The notes under the pieces: generated by a model
What the model was told of the DNA's origin: nothing
The model's database searches: none
Seen by the model: the letters and a program-made list of their open reading frames with translations, nothing else
Shown: positions 1 through 10,712 of the stretch, piece after piece
Layout of the letters: each line of letters begins with the position of its first letter
Position numbering within the stretch: position 1 is the stretch's first letter
Program-made: the position numbers and the translations under genes
Origin: Sedimentisphaeraceae bacterium JB056
GTDB lineage: Bacteria > Planctomycetota > Phycisphaerae > Sedimentisphaerales > Sedimentisphaeraceae
DNA length: 64,000 nt
Reading direction: 5' to 3'
Assembly (NCBI GenBank): GCA_044440125.1
Contig: JBITAJ010000022.1
Location: 96,001 to 160,000, forward strand

Positions 1-2
1 GG

Positions 3-2687
3 AATATACTGCACAGAACTTGATGGTGCGACTATTTCAGTTTGCCCTGTCTCGATATCGTAAAGATAAATATTTGAAGTACCAGAACGTTTATCAGCCC
101 ATGAAACCTTGCTGCCATTGATATTTATGTGGTATCTTTTGCCTTGAGCTTGCGCAATGACGCTTTCAACACCTGTATTAAAATCAAAACAATGAATCTC
201 TTCGTATGTTTCCGGCCCTGAAGTCCAGACTATTTTGCCATTATACACATCTGTTGCGTATTGATCTCCAATTCCATCAGCAATCAAGACTTTTTTCTTC
301 GCAGCAAAACTGTATGCGAATACATCGTAATCGACATCACCACGTTCCGTCCAAACAGCAAGTTCTCCTGACATGCGAAGATATAGCGGCTGTTCTCCCG
401 CATTACACAACACCTTCTCGGTACCGGTATTCAAATCGTAAAGGAAAAGCTGATATGAGCCATTTCTATCATCAAACCAGGCCGCATTACTTCCGTACAA
501 CGTTAAATTCGTCCTATTAGAAGGGTAAATGCATACAGCAAACTCTTCCTTTGACGAAAGGTCAAAACCATAAATATCATTTCTGCCATTTCTCTGGTCT
601 GCCCATATCACAGTGCCATTAAATATTCGGCATTTATTTTGGTTGCCTTCCGCAGTACAGATCGCAGTTTCTTCTCCTGTTTGAATATCCATGCCATATA
701 TATCAAGATTTTCATCACCATTTCTATCGTCAACATATACTGCATAAGAAGAATGCACCATCATATATCTCTGACTTGAAGGGTTATCTGTAACCTTAAA
801 CACTCCACCCTCTAATGAAGATGTGCCGGGTATACGGCATCCTCGCAGTTCATAATCGTCACCATATCTTTCTGTCCAAATACATATACCATTATGAATT
901 TCAGGAGTATACTGACCATTAACACTCGGCATCAAACGATCTGTAACGCCAGTATCAAGATTGTGATAAAAGATGTTTGAAGGACCATAAGCCTGATCTG
1001 TCCATGCAATAAGATTGTCCTCTATACAGGTATGATAACGATCCCCGTCACCTGATGCAATTACTGTCTTTTCTCCAGTTTCAATATCATAACAGAAAAT
1101 ATTCTCTCCATTTACAGAGCTTTCATCAGACCATATCAATTTGCCATTAGACACCGAAACATAATTCTGATTACCAAAATCATCACAAATAACGATTTTC
1201 TCATCTGTATCTAAATTATATACAAATACATCATAACCAGTAGGATATCGAACATCTGCCCAAGAAACATATTTGCCTGACATTTTTATATAATTTGCAT
1301 CTTCCCCAACACTGCACAATCTTGTTTTGATACCTGTTGAAAGCTGATATTTATACAGAGCATTCTCATTATTGGCATCATCTTTCCAAATCACAGTATC
1401 ACCTTCAAATGCCGGAGCCATCTGATTGGAACTATCATCACAGACAACAAACTCCTGCCCTGTTACGAAATCATAGCCATAGATATCTTTGTTTCCGTTT
1501 CTTTGATCTTTCCATACCACAATATGCCCGTCAAGACGCGGCTGATCTTGCTTTCCTGGGGCATTACATACAACTATAGTCTCATTAGTTCTATAATTAT
1601 GTGCATATATATCACACTCTTCGCCACTGTACTCCTCATAAACAATGATATCACCATACATTTCAGGTAATTTTTGCGAAGATTCTTCTACAATAAGTGA
1701 GAATTTATCCTGCAATCCAATCTGTCTATCTGAATGATCAGGTAAATATTTCGCATAAATATCTCCAGCATCATCCCTTTTATCAACCCAATAGCAATAA
1801 CCATCTGAAATACAGGAGACATATTGAGACCCCTCGTAAGCCGCTAAGACTCTGATTTCTTCCGAATCATAGTTGTATATCATTATATTTGTTGGATCCT
1901 CCGTATTATTGTCGGACCAGGCAGCCAAATTTCCGCTAACGTAAGGGTGATATCTCGAACCAATATTTGTATAAATTAATTGTTCGCAATTAGTTTCAAG
2001 ATCGTAAGAATAAATGGACCATTGATTATTTCTTTGATCAGGCCACAAAACTCTTTTTCCAGAAATTGAAACAGCATCCTGATCACCTACCGCATCACAT
2101 AGAACACTTTTCTCCATGGTAGTTAAGTTATATCTGAAAATATCAAAATCACCTATAGAACCCAAATCCGACCACACAACATTGTCAGCAGAAATCTTCA
2201 GTGAAGTTGCTTCGGAAGTCACCTCGCAAAGTATTGTTTCTTGATTTGTTTCAAGGTTATGTAATATTATATTCCAATTGCCATCTCTATTTTCAAACCA
2301 TAAAACTTTCTCATCTTCAAAAGCAAGGTGATGCTTATCTAACGATGTTGTAGAAATAGCAAATTCGGTCGAAGCCTCAAAATCATAACCATATACAGCC
2401 ATAGTGCCAGAACGCATATCACCCCAAACTGCAATATTTCCAGATACTCTTGGCCAACGCTGCAAACCCTGAGCGGTACAAACCGGGAATTCAGATTCAG
2501 TTATAAGATTATACCCATATATATCCCAGTTCTCTTCGCCATTCCTCTTATCTATCCAGACAACATGATCGCCTCCGGCACGCACCAACCCCTGCTCTGA
2601 AGAATCTGCACAAATCGGAAATTCAGTATAAGCAGAACAACTTAACGCCACACAAAGTAAAATCAACACACTAACTATCGTTTTCAT
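3..2687 (-). CDS. Secreted beta-propeller repeat protein (Methanosarcina-type beta-propeller repeats); 3' end runs off the window
   Basis: Not in the ORF track. ATG at 2687 with GGAG upstream; signal-peptide-like start MKTIVSVLILLCVALSCSA; repeated VVWxDxRNGxxxxDIYGYxLxTxxExxVC-type units; Trp codons spot-checked in the same frame at 1917, 1260, 603 and 99. Confidence 0.85.
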   Translation of the reverse strand, partial: MKTIVSVLILLCVALSCSAYTEFPICADSSEQGLVRAGGDHVVWIDKRNGEENWDIYGYNLITESEFPVCTAQGLQRWPRVSGNIAVWGDMRSGTMAVYGYDFEASTEFAISTTSLDKHHLAFEDEKVLWFENRDGNWNIILHNLETNQETILCEVTSEATSLKISADNVVWSDLGSIGDFDIFRYNLTTMEKSVLCDAVGDQDAVSISGKRVLWPDQRNNQWSIYSYDLETNCEQLIYTNIGSRYHPYVSGNLAAWSDNNTEDPTNIMIYNYDSEEIRVLAAYEGSQYVSCISDGYCYWVDKRDDAGDIYAKYLPDHSDRQIGLQDKFSLIVEESSQKLPEMYGDIIVYEEYSGEECDIYAHNYRTNETIVVCNAPGKQDQPRLDGHIVVWKDQRNGNKDIYGYDFVTGQEFVVCDDSSNQMAPAFEGDTVIWKDDANNENALYKYQLSTGIKTRLCSVGEDANYIKMSGKYVSWADVRYPTGYDVFVYNLDTDEKIVICDDFGNQNYVSVSNGKLIWSDESSVNGENIFCYDIETGEKTVIASGDGDRYHTCIEDNLIAWTDQAYGPSNIFYHNLDTGVTDRLMPSVNGQYTPEIHNGICIWTERYGDDYELRGCRIPGTSSLEGGVFKVTDNPSSQRYMMVHSSYAVYVDDRNGDENLDIYGMDIQTGEETAICTAEGNQNKCRIFNGTVIWADQRNGRNDIYGFDLSSKEEFAVCIYPSNRTNLTLYGSNAAWFDDRNGSYQLFLYDLNTGTEKVLCNAGEQPLYLRMSGELAVWTERGDVDYDVFAYSFAAKKKVLIADGIGDQYATDVYNGKIVWTSGPETYEEIHCFDFNTGVESVIAQAQGKRYHININGSKVSWADKRSGTSNIYLYDIETGQTEIVAPSSSVQYI

Positions 2688-2721
2688 ATCTCCAATTCCT
2701 TTGACCTAACTCCTGAATAAT

Positions 2722-2759
2722 AAAAAAAATAACAGGGTGCCACTTACAAGGGCACCCTG
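2722..2759 (-). terminator. Intrinsic terminator after the AhpD-like gene
   Basis: CAGGGTGCC/GGCACCCTG 9-bp stem (2733-2759) followed by a T-run on the minus strand. Confidence 0.7.
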
Positions 2760-2767
2760 AACTTAAT

Positions 2768-3148
2768 TTAACCTTTAATATCTCTCTTCAGATCCAATGA
2801 TTTGTTAAAATTATTGAATGCACTCATCATTGAAGCAACTTCAATCGCCGCTGTTATTTCCTCGTCTGTAACGCCGGCTTTAAGAGCCAACGCCCTGTGA
2901 GCCTCTACGCAATAGTCACAGCCGTTAACAGCACTTACCGCAATAGAAATAAGTTCTTTCGTCTTAGGATCAAGTCCTTTTCCCGCTGCATCAGCCAGGC
3001 TTGTAAGAGCCTCGAGAAAATCGCCATTACGGCCCATTGCCTGAAATACTTCAGGAACAAACCCAAAAGCTTTTTCTATTCCGCCCTGAATCTCCTGAGC
3101 TTTAGCGTCTCCGTCTTTGTTGTAAAGTTTTGTAATTGCCATAGTCAT
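2768..3148 (-). CDS. Carboxymuconolactone decarboxylase / AhpD-like protein
   Basis: KELISIAVSAVNGCDYCVEAH (CxxC-xxx-H AhpD core). Confidence 0.85.
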   Translation of the reverse strand: MTMAITKLYNKDGDAKAQEIQGGIEKAFGFVPEVFQAMGRNGDFLEALTSLADAAGKGLDPKTKELISIAVSAVNGCDYCVEAHRALALKAGVTDEEITAAIEVASMMSAFNNFNKSLDLKRDIKG

Positions 3149-3227
3149 TCTCCTGTTCTACATTAATTAAAATAGTATTATCATATTCTGCCGCTAAACT
3201 TCACGGCATCCTTCTTTTCTTACAAAT

Positions 3228-3974
3228 TTATAGTATCTGATATTTTCTAACAGCCTTATATATACCATTAATTCTGTCATTATCAACTATAAAAGGTGGA
3301 TAATCAGTATTTCTCGGCTGAAGCATAACCGAACCGTCAATCTGAAAATAGACCCTCTTGAAAGTCGTCTCATGAGGATGTTTGAATCTCACAAAACAAT
3401 CATCACCATTATCAACGGTTCGAGATGGCGAGAACACTACTATATCACCTTCAGAATATTCCGGCACCATCGAATCACCGACTATCCTTACAGCAAAAGC
3501 ATTCGGGTCCGCCAGATCCGGACACTTTATATAATCATCAGCATAACCTACCGGATAGCCAAGATCATCAAAATCCGTGGGATAACCTGCCGATACGCGA
3601 TTTATAACCGGAACAAATCCTTTCTCGGTAGAAAAATCGTGGCCGCTGAGCATTGCCGGCACATCTTCTTCATTTTTCTTTTTTGAAAGAGCCTTAATGA
3701 TATTTTTCAGTCTTGAGTTTTCAGTTTTGTACGACTCTATGCCATTACGCAACCTCGCAGGCAATCGTTCCATAAAAGCCTTTTCGACAAGCTCATCTTC
3801 CTCAAACCCTAAAATGCGTTCAAGCTTTGAAAGCAGCGTTTCTGCCGGCGGTTTAACCTTACCTCGCTCAATAGTCGAGAGATACGGCTTGGAACACCCG
3901 GCCTTATCGCTAAGCTCATCAAGAGTAAGCCCCATTTGCTTACGTCTTTTACGTATTGTACACCCAAGCTCCAT
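3228..3974 (-). CDS. XRE-family HTH regulator with S24 (LexA/CI-like) autopeptidase domain
   Basis: N-terminal HTH_3 (LTLDELSDKAGCSKPYLSTIERG); VSAG cleavage site, GDSM Ser and TFKR Lys. Confidence 0.85.
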   Translation of the reverse strand: MELGCTIRKRRKQMGLTLDELSDKAGCSKPYLSTIERGKVKPPAETLLSKLERILGFEEDELVEKAFMERLPARLRNGIESYKTENSRLKNIIKALSKKKNEEDVPAMLSGHDFSTEKGFVPVINRVSAGYPTDFDDLGYPVGYADDYIKCPDLADPNAFAVRIVGDSMVPEYSEGDIVVFSPSRTVDNGDDCFVRFKHPHETTFKRVYFQIDGSVMLQPRNTDYPPFIVDNDRINGIYKAVRKYQIL

Positions 3975-4016
3975 ACCTACGATTATATAATTAAATAAAA
4001 CTAAAGCAAGTAAATA

Positions 4017-6254
4017 TCAATCAAGCTTTAAGTGAAAAGTTCTCGATATAACTTCCTGCTGCTGCGTCTTTGAAAGCCTGTTGAAATTCACCGCATAACC
4101 GGAAACCCTGATAGTAAGATTTGGATACTTACCTGGGTTTTCCATCGCGTCAATAAGCTTTTCCTTGTTCAGCACGTTAACATTTATATGATGACCGGCC
4201 TGCATAAAGTAGCCGTCAAGCAGTGACACAAGATTGTCCACCTGCTGATCATCGGCCTTGCCTAACCCCTGCGGCGTCACTGTGAATGTACAGGATATGC
4301 CGTCAAGGCAAGAATCATAAGGCAGCTTGGCAACCGAATTCAGAGAAGCTATCGCCCCTTCCTTATCACGATTATGCATCGGATTTGCTCCCGGAGCAAA
4401 AGGTTCCCCGCCCTTTCTGCCGTCCGGCGTCGAGCCTGTCTTCTTGCCGTAAACAACATTCGATGTTATTGTAAGAAGCGACAGAGTGTGCTTAGCATCT
4501 CTATATGCCTTGTTTTGGCATAATTTCGTATAAAAATCCTTAACGATTTCGCGAGCAATCGCGTCCACCCTGTCATCATCATTTCCGAACTGCGGATAGT
4601 CACCCTCAACCTTGAAATCACGTATCAACCCATACTCATCTCGCACAGGAGTAACTTTTGCATACTTGATAGCACTAAGCGAATCAGCCACTACCGACAT
4701 ACCGGCCATACCGAAAGCCATGAATCTCTCGACATCGGTATCATGAAGCCCCATCTGAAGCTTTTCATAGGCATACTTATCGTGCATGTAATGTATCACG
4801 TTCATCGTGTTTACATAAAGCTTGCACAGCCAGCTCATATACTCTTCAAAACGCTTGATCACGGTATCGAAATTGAGTGATTTGTCTGCTATCGGCTCTT
4901 TTTCAGGTGCAATATACTCACCTGTCTTCTCATCTCTGCCGCCATTCAGAGCCGCAAGAAGAAGCTTTGGAAGATTCGCCCTTGCCCCGAAAAACTGCAT
5001 CTGTTTTCCAATCTTCATCGCTGATACGCAACAGGCTATTCCGTAATCATCTCCAAAGCGGGGACGCATCAAGTCATCATTCTCATACTGGATCGAATCC
5101 GTATCAATCGAGACTTTAGCTACGAATTTCTTAAAATTCTCCGGCATCTGCTTTGACCACAGAACTGTCATATTAGGCTCAGGAGAAGTATCAAGATTAT
5201 ACAGGGTGTTAAGGAATCTGTAACTGTTTTTCGTGACAAGAGTCCTGCCGTCAACCCCCATACCGCCGATAGCCTCAGTAACCCACGTAGGATCACCGGC
5301 AAACAGTTCATTATACTCAGGCGTACGAAGCTGACGTGCCATTCGAAGTTTCAGAACAAAATCATCAACAAGCTCCTGCGCCTGCTGTTCGGTTATCGTA
5401 CCTTCATGCAAGTCGCGTTCGATGTATATATCAAAGAATGTACTGACTCGGCCAAGCGACATCGCCGCACCGTTCTGCTCCTTTATCGCACCAAGATAAG
5501 CGAAATAAGTCCATTGAATTGCTTCCCTGGCATTCGTTGCCGGCTTACTTATATCGAAACCGTACATTGCAGCCATCTGCCCGAGACGTGTAAGGAAAGT
5601 GATCTGCTGGTAAAGCTCCTCAAGCAGCCTCACCGTCGTAGTATCCATAACATCATCGCTTATACGGTCCTTATCCAATCGCTTCCTGTCGATTATCGCG
5701 TCAAGACCATACAAGGCAACTCGCCTGTAATCGCCAATTATCCTGCCTCTTCCGTAAGCATCAGGCAAACCGGTTATAAGGCCGCTCCGCCTTACATCAC
5801 GCATCTGCTTCGAGTAAACCCTGAAGACACCTTCATTGTGAGTCGTACGGTAATTATTGAAAATATCCTGAAGCTTCTCGCTAAGCTCATACCCATAGGA
5901 TTCACAGGCGGCTTTGGCCATCCTGATACCGCCAAACGGGCTCACGCCTCGTTTCAATGGAGCATCTGTCTGAAGCCCCACTATAAGCTCTTTATCCTTA
6001 TCGAGATAACCCGGCTTGTACGCCATGATACTCGAAGCATGATCGGTATCAATGTCAAGAACGCCGCCTTTATCCTGCTCAAGCTTTAACAGCCCCTGAA
6101 ACTTGCTAAGCAAACCAAGCGTTCTGTCGGTAGGCTTCTCAAGGAAATCACTACCACCTGTATATGGTGTATAATTGGATTGTATAAAATCACGAACATC
6201 GATATCCTTTTTCCAGATATCGCCATTAAAATTTCGCCAAGCTGTAAGTGTCAT
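4017..6254 (-). CDS. pflB: Pyruvate formate-lyase (formate C-acetyltransferase)
   Basis: [23 protein letters not shown] (Cys pair), IRVSGYAV glycyl-radical loop. Confidence 0.95.
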   Translation of the reverse strand: MTLTAWRNFNGDIWKKDIDVRDFIQSNYTPYTGGSDFLEKPTDRTLGLLSKFQGLLKLEQDKGGVLDIDTDHASSIMAYKPGYLDKDKELIVGLQTDAPLKRGVSPFGGIRMAKAACESYGYELSEKLQDIFNNYRTTHNEGVFRVYSKQMRDVRRSGLITGLPDAYGRGRIIGDYRRVALYGLDAIIDRKRLDKDRISDDVMDTTTVRLLEELYQQITFLTRLGQMAAMYGFDISKPATNAREAIQWTYFAYLGAIKEQNGAAMSLGRVSTFFDIYIERDLHEGTITEQQAQELVDDFVLKLRMARQLRTPEYNELFAGDPTWVTEAIGGMGVDGRTLVTKNSYRFLNTLYNLDTSPEPNMTVLWSKQMPENFKKFVAKVSIDTDSIQYENDDLMRPRFGDDYGIACCVSAMKIGKQMQFFGARANLPKLLLAALNGGRDEKTGEYIAPEKEPIADKSLNFDTVIKRFEEYMSWLCKLYVNTMNVIHYMHDKYAYEKLQMGLHDTDVERFMAFGMAGMSVVADSLSAIKYAKVTPVRDEYGLIRDFKVEGDYPQFGNDDDRVDAIAREIVKDFYTKLCQNKAYRDAKHTLSLLTITSNVVYGKKTGSTPDGRKGGEPFAPGANPMHNRDKEGAIASLNSVAKLPYDSCLDGISCTFTVTPQGLGKADDQQVDNLVSLLDGYFMQAGHHINVNVLNKEKLIDAMENPGKYPNLTIRVSGYAVNFNRLSKTQQQEVISRTFHLKLD

Positions 6255-6286
6255 GGATTCCCCTTCTTATCAAAACTCATTGGAAA

Positions 6287-7333
6287 CTAATTTTGTTTCA
6301 ACAATTCTTCCTTTAATTTTTTACAAACTTCTTTAGGCTTGTCAGAACCTGTCACAACAGAATGAACCGCCACACACTTAGCCCCCGCTTCAAGCACCTG
6401 CGTCAAGTTGGCATCATCTATGCCGCCAATAACCGCATGCCCGATTCCCGTGCCGCTAAGCATCTCTACGGCATTTCGTACATACCCTAAACCCGCAACA
6501 TCAATTTCCGGTTTTGTCGTTGTACTGAAAGCCGGCCCAATACCAACATAATCAACATCCATTGCAATAGCTTCTTTAAGCTGATCAATGTTGTGAGTAC
6601 TGAGACCAGTCAAAAGCGGTCTTGTATATATCGAGCGGGCTGCCGATGGAGGCATATCATCCTGTCCAAGATGCACACCGTCGGCGCCGCATGCAAGAGC
6701 AATATCAACACTGTCATTGATTACGCTTATAACACCGCTGCCTTTGCATAGATCGGCCAATTTTCTGCCGTAATCATAACGCACACCGTCATCGGCATTC
6801 TTGCACCTGAGCTGAAGACAATCAGCGCCGCCTTCAATACATTGTTCAGCGAGCCACTGGAATTTATCACCGGCAGAATTGTCAATCAGAACATAAAGCC
6901 GCACATCCTTGTAGAGCTCGGATGTATCAAGTTTTATGAGAATATCCTTCTCAAGCTCATAAGCCTGAAATCTTAGAGCCTCAATATCAGAGGCCATCTG
7001 AGGATCAAAAGTCTGCGTTGTTTCAGATAATGTACGCAATGCTTCAGGAAGTCTTTTTGCCGCCGCGGTAAAGACATCTATGCCGCTTTTTCGACTAAGC
7101 TGACCCTCAACCTTGAGCCCCAGACCGACATCATCAACACTGTCACGGCTCATTATGAGACATTTCTGGTCTAAAGAGGATATTTGTGCAGAAAGTTTAT
7201 GCCTGAGTGATTTCACCCTGCCGCTCAACTGAGGATTATTCAGAGCAAACCTTGCAAACTCTTCCATAACTCTTGCCGCTTCTCGTGCGCGGTTGAAGTT
7301 AACATCAATTATTCTGTAAATAGCATGCTGCAT
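6287..7333 (-). CDS. thiE: Thiamine-phosphate synthase with N-terminal ThiD2-like extension
   Basis: N-terminal RIIDVNFNRAREAARVMEE; C-terminal QLRCK, INDSVDIA, GVHLGQDD, GLSTH, TTTKP. Confidence 0.9.
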   Translation of the reverse strand: MQHAIYRIIDVNFNRAREAARVMEEFARFALNNPQLSGRVKSLRHKLSAQISSLDQKCLIMSRDSVDDVGLGLKVEGQLSRKSGIDVFTAAAKRLPEALRTLSETTQTFDPQMASDIEALRFQAYELEKDILIKLDTSELYKDVRLYVLIDNSAGDKFQWLAEQCIEGGADCLQLRCKNADDGVRYDYGRKLADLCKGSGVISVINDSVDIALACGADGVHLGQDDMPPSAARSIYTRPLLTGLSTHNIDQLKEAIAMDVDYVGIGPAFSTTTKPEIDVAGLGYVRNAVEMLSGTGIGHAVIGGIDDANLTQVLEAGAKCVAVHSVVTGSDKPKEVCKKLKEELLKQN

Positions 7334-7484
7334 TATATTATTAAATGATATATATCGTGATAAATAGTCCTACTAACGCTTAAACCGATAGTAAGATTCT
7401 AACAAAAAAGACTTTTTTTGACACTCTAAAAATTCTTTTATTAACAGATATGCTTCCTGAGAGACAAAAAGAAAATTCAGACAT

Positions 7485-9089
7485 TTAGGTTTTGAGCAGC
7501 TTTTTATATATATACAGCAACAGTACCAGAAGAACAAGCAAACCGGCCCACATAAGAAGTATACCAAGCTCACCGGTGCCGCCCTGATTTCTGACTATAT
7601 TCTTGGTAAGATTTCGTCCCATCATGATGAACACTATCAATATGCCTGCCGGCACTACACTTATGCCGAAAGAAGTAAGTGCATGTCCGCCCTTGAAGAG
7701 AACACCCAGTGCCGCGCCGCATAAGACAAGCAAAATGCACCCAAGACCAAGCACCATTCTTGAGTTCATCTCTACGGCCATTGCCGCCGAGGTTTCAGCA
7801 AGAAGATCGTCAAACTCAGCTTTAAGCCTCTGAAGTTTCTCCGACTCTGTAATCGGTGTCACATTCTGAATAACTTCAAGTTTGTAGCCGTCAAGGTCGT
7901 TCGAGATATCTTGCGGCGTATATATACCCCTGACGCTGTAAGATATAGGTAACCCGGTGACTCCATTCTTATCCGTCCAGACGGCATTGTCAAGAACAAG
8001 CGTCCAGCTTCCCTGCCCCCATTGGTCATTTATGTCAAGAGTGCCAGATGATGAGACCCACTTATTCAGAAGCTCATCAGGATTATCCATACTATACTCG
8101 TAAAGACTTACATCAGTAAGCGATATCACATTATCACTGCTGCCGACCTCACTCTCCGACGCTGACAGCATAACAATCTTCTGGTCGGAATTAAGCTGAT
8201 AGTACCGGCTGGAAGAATCCTCCGACCTGCGGCTAATCGCTTCAGCAAGCATCTCGCTTCGAAGCCGAACCAAAACACTGTTTGCGTAATCATCTACGGG
8301 GTTGAAAAGCAGCACATCATTCTTGATTGCCTTGAGATCGCTCAGCTTCTTGAACCTGATATTATCAAGCAGCAGAGGAGCAAACTTACCCTTTATAGGA
8401 AGTTTCTGTGAATAAATAACACCCGAAGCATCTGCCTGATAAACATCCTGGGCCACTGCGGATATGTAGTTATAGCTGTCGGTACTCTCAAAATCAACAT
8501 CAGCCTGCGATACAGAAGTAAGACTTTTAGCCTTGCCCCCCTTGGTCTGAAGAATATTGACGCCAAGCAAGACATCCTCATTCAAATCCACTTTATCTGC
8601 GAGAATATAAGTATTTGAGCCTCTGGAGCTGTCACTGAAATCATAGTAACCCTGCTTCTCGATACTCCTGAACACAATATTGCGTACGTTCGCCTTGATA
8701 TTCTGCTCTGTCTTGCTGATAAAATGCGGCACAACATAGAAATTCAAAAGCAGATTGGCCACAGACACCAGCACCGCCAGCATAAGAGCTGAAAGCATCA
8801 GGTTCAAAGTGCTCACACCGCTTGCCCTGCACGCATCAAGTTCATTATCAGAAGCAAACCTGCCATACGTCAGAGCCGCCGCAAATAATGCCGATATCGG
8901 CATCACAAACGTCAATATCACTGGTATGAAATATACTATAAGCAAAAGGGCCTGAGCCGGTGAAACACCATACTCCTGCGCAGGCTGAAGTATACTCCCA
9001 AGACTAAGCACAACCGTCAGCCCGACAGTGGCCAGTAAAAAGGTCTTCAGCAAGTCCTTGACTATGTATCTGTGTAGTGTTATTGTCAT
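7485..9089 (-). CDS. LptF/LptG-family permease
   Basis: Three N-terminal TMs, TYGRFASDNELDACRASGVS, periplasmic domain, three C-terminal TMs. Confidence 0.85.
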   Translation of the reverse strand: MTITLHRYIVKDLLKTFLLATVGLTVVLSLGSILQPAQEYGVSPAQALLLIVYFIPVILTFVMPISALFAAALTYGRFASDNELDACRASGVSTLNLMLSALMLAVLVSVANLLLNFYVVPHFISKTEQNIKANVRNIVFRSIEKQGYYDFSDSSRGSNTYILADKVDLNEDVLLGVNILQTKGGKAKSLTSVSQADVDFESTDSYNYISAVAQDVYQADASGVIYSQKLPIKGKFAPLLLDNIRFKKLSDLKAIKNDVLLFNPVDDYANSVLVRLRSEMLAEAISRRSEDSSSRYYQLNSDQKIVMLSASESEVGSSDNVISLTDVSLYEYSMDNPDELLNKWVSSSGTLDINDQWGQGSWTLVLDNAVWTDKNGVTGLPISYSVRGIYTPQDISNDLDGYKLEVIQNVTPITESEKLQRLKAEFDDLLAETSAAMAVEMNSRMVLGLGCILLVLCGAALGVLFKGGHALTSFGISVVPAGILIVFIMMGRNLTKNIVRNQGGTGELGILLMWAGLLVLLVLLLYIYKKLLKT

Positions 9090-9101
9090 ATTCTGTGCAG
9101 A

Positions 9102-10304
9102 CTAAAGTCTTATTGTAGCGAATTTTCTCTTGCCTACTTTAAGTATCATACCATCAACAGGAGTTATCATCTCCGCCGGATTGGTCTTCTTCTCACCATC
9201 AATTGTCGCCCCGCCCTGCTTTATCAAACGCTTTGCTTCACCGCCTGTCGCTGCAAGAGAGCATTCTGTCAAAAGCTTGCTGAACATTATCTCCGCGGCA
9301 TCGATCTTGACCTCGGGAATATCGGTAGGCAGTTGCTTTTGAGCAAATATCTTGTCAAACTCATCGGCCGCGCTCTGTGCTGCATCTTCATCATAGAACT
9401 GAGCTACGATATCCTTGCCCAAAGCGACCTTGGCCTCTCTTGGATGTGTCTTGGAACCGTCTGTCAAAAGCTTTATTTTGTCCGCAGGCATATCTGTAAG
9501 CAGAGTGAAATAGTTCTCCATAAGCTCATCAGGTATACTCATCACCTTGCCGAACATATCATTAGGAGCATCTGTAACGCCGATATAATTGCCCTTGCTC
9601 TTGCTCATCTTCTGCACGCCGTCAAGACCGACGAGTATCGGCATGGTGATCACTACCTGAGGCATCTGATTGTTGGCCTTCTGAAGATCACGGCCGACAA
9701 GATTGTTGAAAGTCTGATCGGTTCCGCCAAGCTCAATATCGCTCTCAACCATAACCGAGTCATACCCCTGCATCAAGGGATACAGGAATTCATGTATGCT
9801 TATAGGGTCGCCCTTTTTGTATCTCAGCTCAAAAGTATCACGCTCAAGCATCCTGGCAACAGTCATGCTGCTGCAAAGCTTGATGGTATCAACCAGCGCA
9901 AGCTTTGAAAGCCACTCACTGTTAGGACGTACTTCCAGCTTCTCAGGGTCGGTATCAAGGATTTTACCCGCCTGATCGAAATAAGTCTGGGCGTTGGCAT
10001 CAATCTGCTCGCCGCTTAAAACAGGCCGTGTTGAGTTCTGTCCGGTAGGATCGCCGATGCGGGCCGTATAATCACCGATGATAAGGACGGCCTTATGACC
10101 TAAATCCTGAAATTGACGCAGCTTACGGAGAACCACCGTATGCCCCAGATGAATATCCGGTGCTGTTGGGTCCATGCCGAGCTTCACGCGAAGCTTCTTA
10201 CCCTTTTTTGCCGCAATCTTCAGCTTATCTTCAAGTTCCTTAACGCTGTAAATCTCTACAGTCCCGCGTTTAAGCAGTTCGACCTGCTGTGCTATATCGT
10301 TCAT
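9102..10304 (-). CDS. tyrS: Tyrosine--tRNA ligase
   Basis: [19 protein letters not shown]-terminal S4 domain (VGKRKF). Confidence 0.97.
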   Translation of the reverse strand: MNDIAQQVELLKRGTVEIYSVKELEDKLKIAAKKGKKLRVKLGMDPTAPDIHLGHTVVLRKLRQFQDLGHKAVLIIGDYTARIGDPTGQNSTRPVLSGEQIDANAQTYFDQAGKILDTDPEKLEVRPNSEWLSKLALVDTIKLCSSMTVARMLERDTFELRYKKGDPISIHEFLYPLMQGYDSVMVESDIELGGTDQTFNNLVGRDLQKANNQMPQVVITMPILVGLDGVQKMSKSKGNYIGVTDAPNDMFGKVMSIPDELMENYFTLLTDMPADKIKLLTDGSKTHPREAKVALGKDIVAQFYDEDAAQSAADEFDKIFAQKQLPTDIPEVKIDAAEIMFSKLLTECSLAATGGEAKRLIKQGGATIDGEKKTNPAEMITPVDGMILKVGKRKFATIRL

Positions 10305-10389
10305 AAGACTCTACCCTATATCGCTTTACAATAACTTGTCATTGGCAAAACAGACAAAAGTCTATCATCGCCATAAAATCAAAGCGACA

Positions 10390-10417
10390 ATTATAACAAA
10401 CAAAACAAAACTGGCAA
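10390..10417 (-). promoter_or_regulatory. Putative sigma-70 promoter of tyrS
   Basis: TTGCCA-N16-TATAAT with TG before the -10 on the minus strand. Confidence 0.55.
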
Positions 10418-10712
10418 GTAAACCTTATTATTAATTCACAATTCCAGACTAATCGCTAATCAAGCTCAACTAACCGCTTTTTTTTATCCTACTCCTTCTC
10501 ATCCGCCACCGCCTAATATTTAAGCTTAATACTCTGCTCAATCTGACCAGTAAAAGCATCACTCAAAGGAATTTGAGTGCCACATTACTATCTCTTTCAA
10601 ATCCACACAGCTAGCTTTATTCAATGATTATTCTCCTCGTTTCTCAATTTTTTCTCCCATCCTATACACCCAAACCATCATATGAGGCACATCTCCTCTA
10701 TATATCATTCGA

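Noticed and set aside
206..1579. Plus-strand ORFs 206..520 and 1337..1579
   Set aside because: Antisense to the long beta-propeller ORF; no recognisable motifs
3228..3974. Prophage suggested by the CI-like repressor
   Set aside because: No integrase, replication or structural phage genes nearby
5406..6089. 227-aa plus-strand ORF
   Set aside because: Antisense shadow of pflB
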